NCBI GenBank assembly: GCA_001949185.1
Contig: BDGG01000013.1
Location: forward strand, 751,845-815,844
Origin: Ramazzottius varieornatus
Lineage: Eukaryota; Animalia; Tardigrada
Length of the DNA stretch: 64,000 nucleotides
Direction: 5' to 3'
Numbering within the stretch: the first letter of the stretch is position 1; every line of letters begins with the position of its first letter. Positions 13,121-26,222 of the stretch are shown in pieces. The notes beneath the pieces were generated by a model. That model made no database searches. It was not told the origin of the DNA and saw only the letters and a program-made list of their open reading frames with translations. Position numbers and translations under genes: made by a program.

Positions 13121-14581
13121 TCAAAGTAACGTTAAAAGTCTTTGAAAATCATCGGATTGCTCTTGACTGCGATCAGGGTCAAAGGTAGGTTGCTCCGTAA
13201 TCTTCTTATTGAATTCCTTCGCCGCCCTTTTGTATTTTGAAATTTCTCCACTGTCCCATCCAGCCACCTTCCGCACGGTCTCTGCAAGTTCTTCACCGAG
13301 CACCTTCCTTGCCGGCTTCAGTCCAGTCCCTTCCATCATCTCAGCGACACCATGCCTGACCAACAACTGCGCGTCGAGCATATTGTCCCCGAACATTGGC
13401 CAGCAGGTAAACGGTACTCCGCTACACAGTCCTTCCAATGTACTGTTCCATCCACAATGACTGACAAAAACCGCGCACGCTGAATGGTTGAGTACCTGCC
13501 GCTGAGGAACCCACGGTAGAACCAGGAAGGGCTTATCGGCAAACCCGGAGTCCCGGTTTGACAGCTGGTCCTGGAGAGACTGTGGCAGGTGTTCAATGTT
13601 GCTGTCCTTTAGAGAAAGGATGAATGGCTTCTGTGTCAGCAGCAAACCTCTTCCAATCTCCATGATGGTATCTGCTGAGGGTTGGCCCACCGTCCCGAGC
13701 GAGGCATAGACCACCGAGTTCTCGATTTTGTCATCCAGCCACTCTTCAATATCGACAGAGAGCTCCGTTTCCGCGGACAACCCAACGCGACTAGGATCCG
13801 GTGTTAGAAGCGGTCCAACGAAGAACAAACTCAGGTGTTGCCCGACCGGGTCTTGTGCTATTCTTTTCACCACTCTTTCCTCCAGATCCCTCATCGAATT
13901 GACTATAATGCCGGCGGACAACGGGAATAGTTTTGTGATTGGGGCGAAATGGCTCTTCATTTCCTGTGGTGTTTCTCGGCGTCCATCCAGCGCTGTATTA
14001 CCGTCCAGGTACTTGAGGAACCCATTAGGATCTTCTGTGTCGGGGTACACCGGTGTGTCATCGTTGATAAGAAGGTAGAACGGTATGCAGGCAGCAGCAG
14101 CTGTTTGAAACAAGTAGTGTGGAATGCCACGTCGATGGCTATGAGCGACCGTCTCGCCGATAAAGATATCGGTGATGATCACGTCGACCGGCTCAAGTAG
14201 TGCTTCAGTCAATTCAGATACATTTACCGTCCGAGACTTGCCGTCGCGTGTAGGCAGGCTGTCGATAAGCTTTGACACAGCTGCTGAATTAAGCTTGTGG
14301 ATTTCAAGAAAATCCCAGTACTGGTCAAGCTGTGTGTAATTGTGGCCGTCCTTCAATGGAAGGAATTCGATTCCATTCCCATCGATCTGGTTGAGAGTAC
14401 CACGGGCTTGTGCGAGTAGGTAAAGGGATTCCGACAAGGCAATGGTGCATTTGTGGTGTGGACATAGACGTTTGGCAAGTTCGAAAAGAGGGATAAGATG
14501 TCCGAAGGCCGTATACGGTGCTAGCACAATGTGGACCCTGCGACTATGATCCAACGCACTGCCCGCATTTGCAGACATCAT
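13121..14581 (-). CDS. Intronless UDP-glycosyltransferase (GT1), plant/microbial cytosolic type
   Basis: N-terminal GHLIPLFELAKRL; VVYASLGT; PSPG-like box WVPQRQVLNHSACAVFVSHCGWNSTLEGLCSGVPFTCWPMFGDN. No signal peptide and no C-terminal TM. Confidence 0.92.
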   Translation of the reverse strand: MMSANAGSALDHSRRVHIVLAPYTAFGHLIPLFELAKRLCPHHKCTIALSESLYLLAQARGTLNQIDGNGIEFLPLKDGHNYTQLDQYWDFLEIHKLNSAAVSKLIDSLPTRDGKSRTVNVSELTEALLEPVDVIITDIFIGETVAHSHRRGIPHYLFQTAAAACIPFYLLINDDTPVYPDTEDPNGFLKYLDGNTALDGRRETPQEMKSHFAPITKLFPLSAGIIVNSMRDLEERVVKRIAQDPVGQHLSLFFVGPLLTPDPSRVGLSAETELSVDIEEWLDDKIENSVVYASLGTVGQPSADTIMEIGRGLLLTQKPFILSLKDSNIEHLPQSLQDQLSNRDSGFADKPFLVLPWVPQRQVLNHSACAVFVSHCGWNSTLEGLCSGVPFTCWPMFGDNMLDAQLLVRHGVAEMMEGTGLKPARKVLGEELAETVRKVAGWDSGEISKYKRAAKEFNKKITEQPTFDPDRSQEQSDDFQRLLTLL

Positions 14582-15900
14582 AACAAGGCCTGATAACAAA
14601 GCCTGAAAACACGTGAAATGCTGTTTGTTGAGGAGTAATAACCGTTACTGAAGCCTATGCATATAGTGCATACCGCGGGGTAAGCAAGACAGCGCACACG
14701 ACTACACTACAGTTCAAGACAGAGATGGCACCTGTTTTTCACGTACAAAGTTGCAACAACTGTTGGCGATGCGTTGATAAGACACCACTGTTCGGTAACG
14801 ACAAAATTAAGATAAGCGGTACAGTCTTGCTGTGAAGTGTTGGTCGTTCACCCTGTCTTCACCCTTTTAGCCAGTTAGCGAGCGCACGTGTGCTAACTCA
14901 AGACCGCATGCTGCAGCGTTGACCAGTGACTATTGCCTCGGGCATATTTCAAACTTTGTTCAAATTAGGTTCATACAGCAGCGGAAGCTTCCCTATTCCA
15001 GCGAAGCATACAAAAGAGGCTGAACGTTCAGAAGAAATTGCAAAGCTATTGTGCGCTTCGAGGGCTAAAAACTCCGAATATCGAATATGAAGTCGAAAAT
15101 CTGTCAGCAATGACTTGAGAAAATTTTTCTGGCAAAAACAGTACAAAGCTCTGAGGCTGAAAAGCGAGCAGCTGTTATGTTGTACGAGGAGTCGTTCATC
15201 GAAGCCATTGAGCGTTCGATCGGATGGTGAATTCGGAATTGTTAACGATTACCGCTACTGCGCCAGCAAGTCGGGGGAGGTAACAGCCTCATGTTCCCCA
15301 TGGCCTCTTTACAGCACGAGAACCCTCCGGGTAGCAAGAGTGGTCTTCTGTTTTTACGATACTTCGACAGTTCGAAGAGACAAGTCAGCAGTGAAAATAG
15401 TGTCTTGATCTGCTTCCAGCCTATCGGTAAGCCGACTTGGGTGTTTACGTAAGTAAACCTTCCCTTGCGTTCCAGCGACAACTCCACAGAGGTCGTCGCA
15501 GGTGCTTGACGGTAAAGGGAAACAACACCGAATCAAACACTGGGCAAAGAGCACCTAAAATACGAATAAAAAACACTCGGCTTCGGCAGGTAGTCAGTTG
15601 ATGACATAATGTGTGGTGAAACGCGGGCTGATATCGGACGAAATCATACAGTGTACCGAAAAAATTAACCGGCGATAATGAGCATGACACCTAATTGGAA
15701 CCTAATTATCATGCGAACAATAACAACACTCGTTCGTTCCATGCACAAATTTCATTCGTCACCTCCATCTGGCTCCATCCAAAACCCATTAATGACGGTT
15801 AATTTTTTGGTACACTGTATAAGCGATGCCTCATATCGATATCGAGGGCGCGCCTTTAGTTGAGCAAGTACGTCAGCTTACGAGGACTGTCGTTCTTGTA

Positions 15901-16322
15901 CACGCGCCTGGCCTAAGTCTTGGCATGGACAAAAGTCTTGGCAAGTGGTTTCCGAAACAGCGGCTCCGCCAGCTGTGTTCGCTTACGGTTGAAACAGAAC
16001 CGGTTCGCTAGCTGTGTTTGCCACTGCGCGAACTGCATCCTTCAGACTTTCCTCGGTATACTTCCGGCGTTTCTTGCTCTTAAAACCTGACATTTGCCCA
16101 AGCTCAAGTTACTCAAGACTGGAAGAAAAACTCGAGAAAGAATACCACAGAATATCAAATGAAACTGGAGTGACTGAACAAATGGAAAGCGCATTGCGAA
16201 ATTCTGACTTCATGACGTCACACGACCAGTTTCTGTTCCAATACAACATTCTTTGTGTTAAAATGCCGCCGGGCCGTGCTGCCAAGACTTTTGTCCATGC
16301 CAAGACTTAGGCCAGGCGCGTG
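15901..16322 (-). mobile_element. Internally deleted pogo-like element (422 bp), perfect 43-bp TIRs, TA TSD
   Basis: ta|cacgcgcctggcctaagtcttggcatggacaaaagtcttggca...exact reverse complement|ta. The minus strand keeps MSGFKSKKRRKYTEESLKDAVRAV (start of a psq-type HTH). Confidence 0.9.
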
Positions 16323-17413
16323 TACTTCTCGACCATGCCTAATCGTATATTCGTCGCGTCGACCCGGCCAGGTACTGAACGAAACGTTCGGAACGTTTCC
16401 AAATTCAACTTACTCGCCCTGCCACAACTGGCTCAAGCAATGCTCAATCGGACGTTTCGCCTTCCACAAAACGATGCCAAACTGACTTCAGCAGGCATGC
16501 CGGTCATCAATCCGACCATCCGGTTTTTCGATCCCGACAGCCGAAGTTTTGCAGGCATGAAGAGACTTCCTTTCTCGTGATCAAGCTTCATGTATCGCAG
16601 GCTAACTTCTGTAGGTGGCGCTAAGGTACGATTCGCAGAGGAAGTCGCTGGACCCTTTTAATTTATCAGCGATACGGTGGAGACGAACATCGTTCCATCA
16701 GATCGACCAGCCTGCCGGTCCGATTGTCCTGTGCCTGGGAGTCCTATGAGTTGACTCCAATCTTGCTGGCGTACGCCCTCATGCCACAAGCCTTTTTTAC
16801 ATTAAAGAAACTTGATGTTTCTGTGGCTAAACCTCCGACAACCGTCAGCTTCCCAGTGCAGCTGAGGCTTTTGGGGGTTTGTATCTAGACCATAGCTGGA
16901 ACCTCAGGGAGTCCAGGAGGTTTCAGCGACGGATCTGATGGCCGTGGCAACAGGTACGGCGCTCACAGTGTTGTTCAAACGCATGGAACGGATGTTAGTT
17001 GCCGATATTTTTTTTTACAGAGGAGTATCCCGGAGTATCCCCGTTTTTACAAAGAGGGATGAAGATTGGTAGTGCTTGCACGATCAGATGGCGGTGCCTC
17101 TTCCTCGAAACCCACAGCCCCTGGGCACTGTACGGAAAGCTCAAATATAAAATGTGCGCAACACGAGAAGTTACATCCAAAGAGACAGATTTACTGAAAG
17201 GTTCGTTTAGCTGGATCCGAAGCAAACTTCGATTGGGTTGTCAAACTACAAGAAAACTTGATCAGAAACTAAACTGGAGGGAACAGAACAGATAGTTAAC
17301 GAAACTTCCAAAAGAGCCAGGAGATCTTATTGCACAGGAAACAGCCCAGTCGAGTTCTTGGTTCCTGCTCTAAATTTTTCCACTCACAAATCTTACGCAC
17401 GAGATCTGATCTA

Positions 17414-17874
17414 CACCGTGAGTGCACCAACTTGCTACCACCTGGCATATCGGCGAGGAAACATTCTTATCGTAATGGGAAATACTGGAAAGAGTTGACC
17501 AGTATGACTTCCGGTGAGGAAGACATACCGCAGCAGGTAAAACGCTGTCTGCGAAAATTCCGGGTAGGAGTTTTTAACCCCAACCTGACGTAAAGAAACT
17601 CACACCCACGTTGGTGGTCAGAAAAAATGAAGAAAGAGCAGGAAAGCCCCGGACTAACTCGACAACAGAATTAAACCCGTCACACTTTTACATTTTGCCG
17701 GGAAACTTCCTCTGGTGGAAAGCTTTCCAGATCTTTTCCAAAACATCAGATTCATGTTCTCCACCCACTTTCCTGTAATTGAGTGTCATTTCTAATCATT
17801 TCCAGCAACAGAACTGCAGGACGACTGCAGAGAACTGAAAAAGTAGGTGGTAGCAAGTTGGCGCACTCAGGGTG
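17414..17874. mobile_element. Non-autonomous Tc1/mariner-type element, ~30-bp TIRs, TA TSD
   Basis: ta|caccgtgagtgcaccaacttgctaccacct ... aggtggtagcaagttggcgcactcagggtg|ta. Confidence 0.85.
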
Positions 17875-17980
17875 TAACTAAGCTTGAAACCAGCGTTTAA
17901 TCAGCTTGTTATCTGATTTTAGCAATATTTTGATCAAATAAGGCCATGAATTGGCACGAAATGAGCTTTTAATCCAGGTA

Positions 17981-19261
17981 CAGCCACTGGCAGCCAAGTG
18001 TTCACTTCTCATGAAAAGAATTCTTACTTCCTTCAGACAACAGATAACCTCTTCATTTAACTTCTACATGACCACCGTGTCTATCCAGCATCGTTTGGAC
18101 ACGACCTTGCCAAGAGGAAAGCGTACTCCGAATTTCAGCGATATCATAACTTTCACAGACTTTTTTGATAACGCTAATGAGGCCTTTTATGGTGGTCGCC
18201 TTCCGCTCAGACAAAATTCTCTTGAGATTCCCGTTGATCCCGTAGTCCAAAGGGGCTAAGTCAGGGCTGTTCGCCATCCAAATCTCCTTCGGAAGATACT
18301 TGACACGATGATCATTGAGGTACTGGATGGTCAGCTTGGCCGTGTGAGATGGAGCACTGTCCATGTGGAAGATGACATCTTTCGCCGAATTCCCGTAGGG
18401 CCTGGGAATGTCTTCATGGATCATCTTCGACAGGATTTCATCAATGAAGTACTGGGCTGTCACCTTGGCAGAGCCGTTTACGACGTAGGCGCGCGACATT
18501 CCGAACCAGCAGATTCCGATGGCGATCATGACTTTCTTGGGCCACTGCTTGGTCGTCTTTTTCTTCCACTCTTCAGGAATTTCTGCCGATCCATCAGTCC
18601 AAAAGTGATCTGTATCCACATTGCAGTCATCAAGACTGATCCAAGTCTCGTCCATAGTGAAGATATGACGGACTTTGAATGGACCTAGATACGAGATAAA
18701 AAGTTTCCCCCGCTCATACCTCTGTTTCTTCTGGGCTTCCGTGAGGTGATGCAGTTTCCTCTTCTTGCGCACTTCCAATCCAAGATTCTGGTGGATCATC
18801 CGGCCTACACTGCGGATGGATACTTGGAGCTTCTTCTATAGCGAGTCAGGATTCTTCTTGACGACAGCTTTCTTGACTTTGTTGACATTGTCCTGGGTGC
18901 ATGCAGAGGAAAGGTTTTGCGGAGGAAGACGTTTCGCCGGTTTGGTCCATCCATTTCTCTCCTTTTCTTTCTCCCGGCAAATCTTGAGCACTGTGCGACG
19001 ACTCAGTGAAACCCCTTGGCTGGCAAGACTCTCAGAAATTTTAGGGTAGGTGAAACCTTGATCGCGTAAAGCGATCACCAAGGAAGATGTTTCAAAAGAA
19101 GTTTTTCCAGGCATGTTGAAAGATTGTTCTTGGAAAAGTTCTTCAAACGATAATGGAAGGATCGTTTTTTGATTGATTAGCTGAGATGGTTGCGCAATAG
19201 GTACAGGGATTTTTGTTTTGAGTCGCGTTTTGAAAAGTGAACACTTGGCTGCCAGTGGCTG
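17981..19261 (-). mobile_element. Full-length mariner-like DD37D (maT-type) transposon; transposase has one in-frame stop
   Basis: TIR cagccactggcagccaagtgttcactt with TA flanks. ORFs 19114-18836 and 18799-18053 are in frame. Motifs MDETW, MDSAPSH and SPDLAPLDY, with 37 residues between the last two Asp. Confidence 0.93.
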
Positions 19262-19319
19262 TAGAACCTGTTATCGAGCTTTTATTTTGTCTGGCGATCC
19301 AGAGATCTGGCTGTGCTTC

Positions 19320-20833
19320 TTAGAAGTTTGTGATCTGGTTTTTGGGTCGAGGTCTTCGAGAGCGTAATAAATTCTCATCCAGAGCCGTGCACTGATGTCT
19401 TTGAGCACGAAACGGAAGCTTCATTAGTTCCATCACGGGCTCAACAATCTGCCTCCTGTAGTCCTTGCTCCCTTGTTCGATGTCCAACTGAAGAATAAAC
19501 CGCATGATCGAACGTGAAACGAGAATACTTTCGAACGACCAGCAACTAGTCGTAAAGCAAACATACCTTCTGAATGGCTGCGTGGAAAGGGTAATAGTAC
19601 AACTTGGAATCACCGCGAGGGTTGCTACTGTCATCATGTAGCATCTTGGCGGTAACATTAGGAGGAACGAACTCCTTCACCCGGGAGCCTTTTGCGTGTG
19701 GATATAACCCGTTTCTGAAATTCCACTCATGCGGGAGACTCATGAAGCCTTCAGGGTGGTCATGCAGAACAATGTTAACGAAATCCTGATCTATCAGCTT
19801 GAGGTCGCTTTCGTATTTCTCGTACGCCGCCAAGACCTTGTCTGCCCAACCGAACCGTCGCATGCGATTCAAGTTCATAGGGATCACACCGTCATTCAGG
19901 CCTGAAACACAAAAGAAATGTAGCACGTCACCTGATATCGGTATTGGGCTGAGTAAGCGCTCCAGAACCACTGGGAGCAAGACTTGAACCACCTCGGACC
20001 TGATGCTCCTACGTAGGGGGTTCTGAAGACACGTCCATACCACGGCAAAATGTCTGGATGTCCTCCCGCTTCAGCCACTACAGCCATGAACTGAGTACCA
20101 TTCATGGACTTGAAAATTTCCCAAACTTTCTCGATCGGGGATACGGCAAAAACATCGGTATCAATGTAAATGATAACGTCCAGTTCGGGCAGAACCGACT
20201 ACAACAACCAATACAAAAATTGGAAATCTACTTCAAGGTGATACGACGTCAGTAAAATGACTATCAATATCCTCAAAACATAGCGAGGTCTGTAATACCA
20301 ATGTTTGGGGCGACGACAAAGACCTTACAAGTACGAGATAGTGACTTAAGCTTACGGCGAAGAACAGACGGAGCGTAACGCAAGGTCCAAACGAGTGCCA
20401 CATCGTCCTTTTCTCCTTCAGATACTCAGGGTTACTCAACCATTCGGATCTCAACAGCGGCATTAGACTTCCTGAACAGAGGCGCTGATGCCATGTCACC
20501 AAACCTAGCAGTTATTAGCTTTGCATCATCGGTGACGATTATCAGGCGAAGTGGACAAGACGTAAAAAACAGCATGGATTTAACCAAGGCCGATAACTGA
20601 TTCACCCGTCGCCGCTGGTTTTTCCCGCATATTACCGTCACGACCGTCATGGCTGGATCACAGCTGGGTACTCCATGTTCATTCCCAACCTCGAGCTCAG
20701 CGTAACTTGTATTATCCACAGCAGAAAGCTCGGTAGAAGGATGGAGATATAAAGCAGTGTTGATGATTAGAATGACGAAAAGGACAAGGTGGTACGGCTT
20801 CAGGTACCGGCACCCAGGCACTACAAGGCTCAA
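19320..20833 (-). pseudogene. GT8 glucoside xylosyltransferase (GXYLT)-like gene with a +1 frameshift near 20432
   Basis: N-terminal type II TM, FGPCVTLRLF, IYIDTD (DxD), GLNDGVIPMNLNRMR, DQDFVNI, EWNFR. Introns join the exons. gttgagtaaccct carries one extra base. Start codon not resolved. Confidence 0.75.
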
Positions 20834-22492
20834 AGATACCTTTTATGTCCCGTTACCCTGAATATTCTTTATTGAAGAACGAGCACATCCCGACCATTGT
20901 AAAGTTTCCACACGTCGATATTTATTATGCATACGAAGGGATGCTGAAGTTGCAACGATACTGATGGTAGTGTAGTTGCTGACACGAAAGCTGCAGTTCA
21001 GCTCTTCGAAACTCTCATCGGAAGAGAGCTGTGGCAAAGTGCCAGCACAAACTGCCTAAGGACAATAATCTTTCTGTAAGATTGCTAAGCACGAACTTTG
21101 CTCATGTACGGCAACAAACCAGCCGCTAATTGTGCAGTAGAATGTAAGATCCAATGTGAGGATTGAGAATTGAAAGTTGCAAAGATTTCATCATGGCTTA
21201 CAAAGAAGCGACTCATGCGGACCAGTGGCGTCGCCTGAGATCGAGTCATTACAAGTATTTAACAAGTATTTTAGCACTATGGATATAACTCTGACGACCA
21301 GATTGTAAGTGCCAACCAAGCTCCAGTGATCGACCAAGATCAGCGTTCTAGTCTTGCCGGTGAACCAATACGATCCATTCCAACGTAACAAAAAGCGCGT
21401 CAGGTTGGACGAGTCGAAATTCATGGTCAATGAAGTGCTACAACCACCCTAGTCATCAAGGCTCCGGAATGTGGCACAAAACGCAACGCAGTAAGCATAC
21501 CATGCAGCTGCCGGTATAGCCGAAGGTCAATCGTTACATAATGAAACAACATGCATGTGCCGTAAATTATTTTAGCATATTAGGGTCGTCTGTCTAGTTA
21601 CAGGATCTTTATCCTACTAATTTCGTCGTTATACTCTCGGGCTTCTCTGGAAGAATAGTGCGTTTTGGCTCAAGGTGAGACGTTATGATGGAATATCAAA
21701 GGACGGCTTTGCATGCACCTACTGTATTCAAGGAGCCTTAGCATGTCATTACTAGCAAATGTACACTTGATGTTCGCCGATCGCGGAATTTTTTTCGGCT
21801 CGTGCCGTGAAAGAGCAGCCTGGCGTTAAAGTAGAGTTGTCTATCTGAGCCCCGACAGCCTTCCCTCACGCGGCTCCTTTTGTCTTTACTAGTTTTCGCT
21901 GTATGCCTTTATTGGAGGCAGCCCGCAAAACTGGCGGCGAACATCCTTCGCTGCTTAGCAAGCAGCACCGTTATTTTGGGAGCCTGCCCGAACGCCGTGA
22001 CGTTCTCTCATAGTACAGTAGTAGGGGTACGAGCCTCGTGTGACTGTCGTTAGCTGGCCGTTATGTAACGATAGCTTTGCCGTGTCCGCCATTATTGCTG
22101 GCTATGGTGGCGGTCAGTTGCGCCACTGGTTGCTTCAGCTCTTCAAGTGTTCGCTCGGTGGGCAACTGTTTAGGAAGGACGAGGATAGCTGCCGACTTTA
22201 CCTTGGGCTGTTGCTTCTTTGAAGGTAGTCCGCGTCCTTTCGGCAGCGGTGGAGATGTTCATGTCTCAAAAGATAGTGCTTAAGACCTCCCATTTTTATT
22301 AATAATATTACAAGCAAAATTTGCCTTGCATCACGAAAGCTTGACATGAAGAGACAAAATTTCCGCTCCATTACGACGTATTACTAATTTTCTCCAACTT
22401 CTGATCGGAACACAGCACCACTGGCCAAGCCCAGGTTACGCAGGGTTTTTTAACAGCTTAGCAGTGCCGGAATGGAAGCAGGATACGTGGCT

Positions 22493-23030
22493 CTACTTGT
22501 CAGGTATAGGATCGACCAAACTTTCGGTAAGACTTTCCCAGAGACCTATCCCAAGGTTTTTTCCATATTCGAAGGGACCGCAGCAATATGGCACCTTCGA
22601 GCGCGTTTTACAGCACATATTTTTATCCGAAGTGTCCAGTCCAAAGACCGAGTTTTCCATCCGTTCAGTAACCGTCGGGCATGTAAAGGGGCCGCAGTCC
22701 ATTCCAAAGCTGGATGTTCCTACATACGAACAACGCGGGTTATGCCATCCACCCGGTTTTGATGGCTGTCTAGTGTATTGACCACTAAACTGTCACGTCA
22801 GCCTGTGTACAGTAGATTCAATTACACCACATGCCAAGGGTAGTACAGTGCACAATAAAGTTTGAAATCGGAGGAAGGCATAAGCCGCATTGTGGATCAG
22901 AAAGGGTGAACTGGATGGCGGGAACGGACTGAAATTCTAGCGCAATATCGTAACCAACAATCTTACCGGATACGAAAACCAAGCCAAGGAGGCCAAGGAT
23001 TAGAGCCCAGCGGCGGCAGATTGTTGCCAT
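22493..23030 (-). CDS. Small secreted Cys-rich protein, Shisa-like cysteine pattern (splicing unresolved)
   Basis: Signal-peptide exon MATICRRWALILGLLGLVFVS|gtaag. Downstream frame C...FTCP...CCKTRSKVPYCC. Confidence 0.4.
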
Positions 23031-24147
23031 GTTGCAAACCGGACGTTCGACGGCGCGTGGATACAGAGGCTTGTTCTACAATTTCCGAAAGTTCCAAGAA
23101 AGCAAACACTCGCAAAACCGAACAGTAACAAGGAAACCGAAAAATCCGGCTGACTGCTGACAGAGCATTACGTGCAATATTTGACGGTCGAACTCGGTTT
23201 TCTTCTGCTGACAGCGTACCTTGAAGCATGCACCTACAGGTGTTTTTCCCGGATTGTTTCCCGATTTGTATCATGCGGCGCACTTGCACCGAATTGTCTG
23301 AGGAAAGAAAAAGTTGAGCACCCTTTCGGTGAAGTCGCGCTGAGGCATTCTGGAGTGGTCGGCTTAATACTGCATAGCGCTTGTATTTTCCGGGCTTTCT
23401 AGGAAGAAGACAGTGTGGGGCCGACCCACTGGGTCGACTATAGTGAGAAATGTCCTATCAATCAACTGCAACGTCAACTGCAGCTTTGGTCGAACATTGC
23501 GACAAGGCTGGCAGCGGACAAAGATTGACAGAGTGCTGATGGGTGTCCGAGCCTATGCAGCGTATGCAGTATGCACGTATGGTGGTGCGCGACTACTCCG
23601 CTTCCAATCAGAAGGGCGCGACAAGCACATACCTACTTCATATGCTCACACGCTTGTAGGCGCCTGAATGAGTGGTTTGGCGGCTTTCCATATCTGTTCC
23701 AATCGGCGTCCAGACCTTCCTGCGACGTTTTCGCTATTATTGCTGTACAAACATTTTTCACTATGCTGTAATGCTTCATGTTCGCGAAGCAGGCCATCGA
23801 ACGCGCGGAACATCCCTTAAGGGGTTGGTGGGGCAAGATTTTAGGACCGGGGTTCAACTTGACGCGTATGATAGATGACGTACTTCGCGAAGTTCATGAA
23901 CCATTACAGTAGTCAACCTACACTGATAGGGAGATCCTAAAATATAACTTGCAAGACTGAACCCCATATTTCAATCGGGTCCGTGTGCAATCCACAGCGT
24001 TGTCCGCCACTCGGATTGCTTGGTGATAGTCGAGTAATAACGATGATAGTGGGTACAACGTAGTTTGTGGATAAGGCCGGCACAAACGCGCAAATCCAAA
24101 TCGGTACGATATGGGGAAGGTCACTGCCTAAAGCCGGTTGATAGCTA

Positions 24148-24730
24148 CACTGAGCCCCATATCTATCTGTCCACCCCCATCTTCGTTTCAAAACTTCATA
24201 ACTTATTTCGCACTAACCCGATTTTGATACGTTGAACGTCTTAATAGAGATCAGTGTTTGATCTTTACGACCACGTGACTTCCGTACGAATCAATCAGCT
24301 AATCAACTGGCAGTATCATCCCTAGAAACACCTAACACTGCCTTGTTTTCAGCTCCGAGTTGCGGGAGCTAGCCAGCAGATAGCACATCATGCTTAATAC
24401 TACTATGTAGCCCCAACCTTAAGCTTTCAAGTAAGCCCATGTGAGAAGTTTTTGCTCACTTGTTGGGGCTACATAATAGTAACAAGCATGATGTGCTCTC
24501 TGCTGGCTAGCACCCGTAACTTGAAGCCGAAAACAAGGCAGTCTTAGGTGTTCGTAGGGATGATATTGCCAGTTGATTTGCTGATTAATTCATACGGAAG
24601 TCACGTGGTCGTAAAGATTCAACACTGATCTCTACAAAAACGTTCAACATATCAAAATCGGGTCAGTGCAAAATAAGTTATGAATTTTTGAACAAAAATG
24701 GGGGTGGAAAGATACTTATGGGGCTCAATG
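24148..24730. mobile_element. Foldback-type Tc1/mariner MITE (583 bp; ~270-bp arms, ~45-bp loop), TA TSD
   Basis: ta|cactgagccccata ... tatggggctcaatg|ta. The arms are complementary along their whole length. Confidence 0.92.
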
Positions 24731-26222
24731 TATCGATAATTGGGAAAATAAGATGACATCGGTGACGCCCTAACCGACATGGTTTCGAATTACACAGCTG
24801 GTAGCCAAGTCGCTATGAGGAGTAATATTGAGTGATAAGACTCACTGGTTCTACTTTAGTACCACCGAGATGCCCAGATCGCCAAGGAGACTGATCAGGT
24901 ACATTCCAAAGCAAGTTCGCAGAAGTGGGTGCGCACAGAACAGCAGTAGTACGCCGAAGTTAGCAGCCGCGTCTACAATTGTCGTGGACAGTGTGAAAGA
25001 CGAAGCAAAGCCCCAATGCCTACTGTAACTGGGAGCGTAGCTGCCATCGGTTCGATAGGGCGTTTCATTCGGATCCGCCGACAGGAGACAGCTGTGTCAT
25101 CGTCTTGTCCCGGGTTTGTTCAGCATTGCCGATCGACGAAAACTTCAATACAGATCAAACATATGCTTGGACGCAGCAGGTTCTTGTAATGTTCCGCAGA
25201 AGGTATGATAGGGGAGAGGCATGGATATTTGTAAAATGCTGTTGTTCTGCTTCTTTTATGCCCACTCTTCTTCAACGACCAGCCAAAAACTCATTGGCCG
25301 GAAACCTGTCCACAAGGTACCGAAATCGACCTGAAACTGTTACGATGTCAGAAAAAACTGCTTCTCCACTTTCAGTTCCGCACTTCGCTCCTGCGACACT
25401 TCTACCGGTAATATCAAAAAATAGGGGCTATCAAAGTTCCAAGAACTGACGATGCAAAGCATGTACGTACATACCTCGGTTTCGGGTGGGTACTCCCTTT
25501 CGCGCGAATTGCATTTTGCATACTCGTAACCAGGACGGTAAGCTTGTGCTGGGCTCCTACTTGTCTTTTACATGTTTTGAAACTTGAAAACGAAAACCGA
25601 TAAATCTACAGTGTTCGGAAGAAAAAAATAATTTCACACGAAAGATTACAGTGCAGCCTTGATCTGCGCGACCGCAGGCTTGAGGGTTTGACTGTTTTGC
25701 CATCCGGGGACCAAAACCTAATGTAATACACCTAATGCCATTCTTAAAAGTACACAAGCACGGAAATTAAAATCTTCTTTTCCCCACGGGAACGAACGGA
25801 TTGAAAGCAGGGCATGAATTTCTCCAGCCTATAAAAACTTGGTGCCATCACTTAAGCGTCGGTCCACCCAGTGCGTGGTGTTTTATCTAGGAATATTTTA
25901 TTACCGTTGAAATGAGTGTGCACGATAATGGCAGTTTAAGGAAGAACCATCTGCTTGGCGGTCACAAGCTATTTCACCAGTACCGGCTTGATACAGGCGG
26001 AATGCTGTCACCAGGTACCGGAAACGGTTGCTGCTCATAATCGGCAAGAAGGTTGTTGATGTCATCGAAAAACAGCTGGTACTGGGAAAGTGAAACCTTC
26101 TCGCTGACCAACGGATCCGGCAGGAGAATGACGACCAGCCTAAAGCCGGCCCAAAAACTGACATTTTCACTGTTGTCCGTGGCGTTTATTATTTCATTTG
26201 GATCATGGTTTGTCATGGATTA

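Noticed and set aside
16330-17300. Degraded coding-like or transposase-like sequence
   Set aside because: No diagnostic motif or termini identified.
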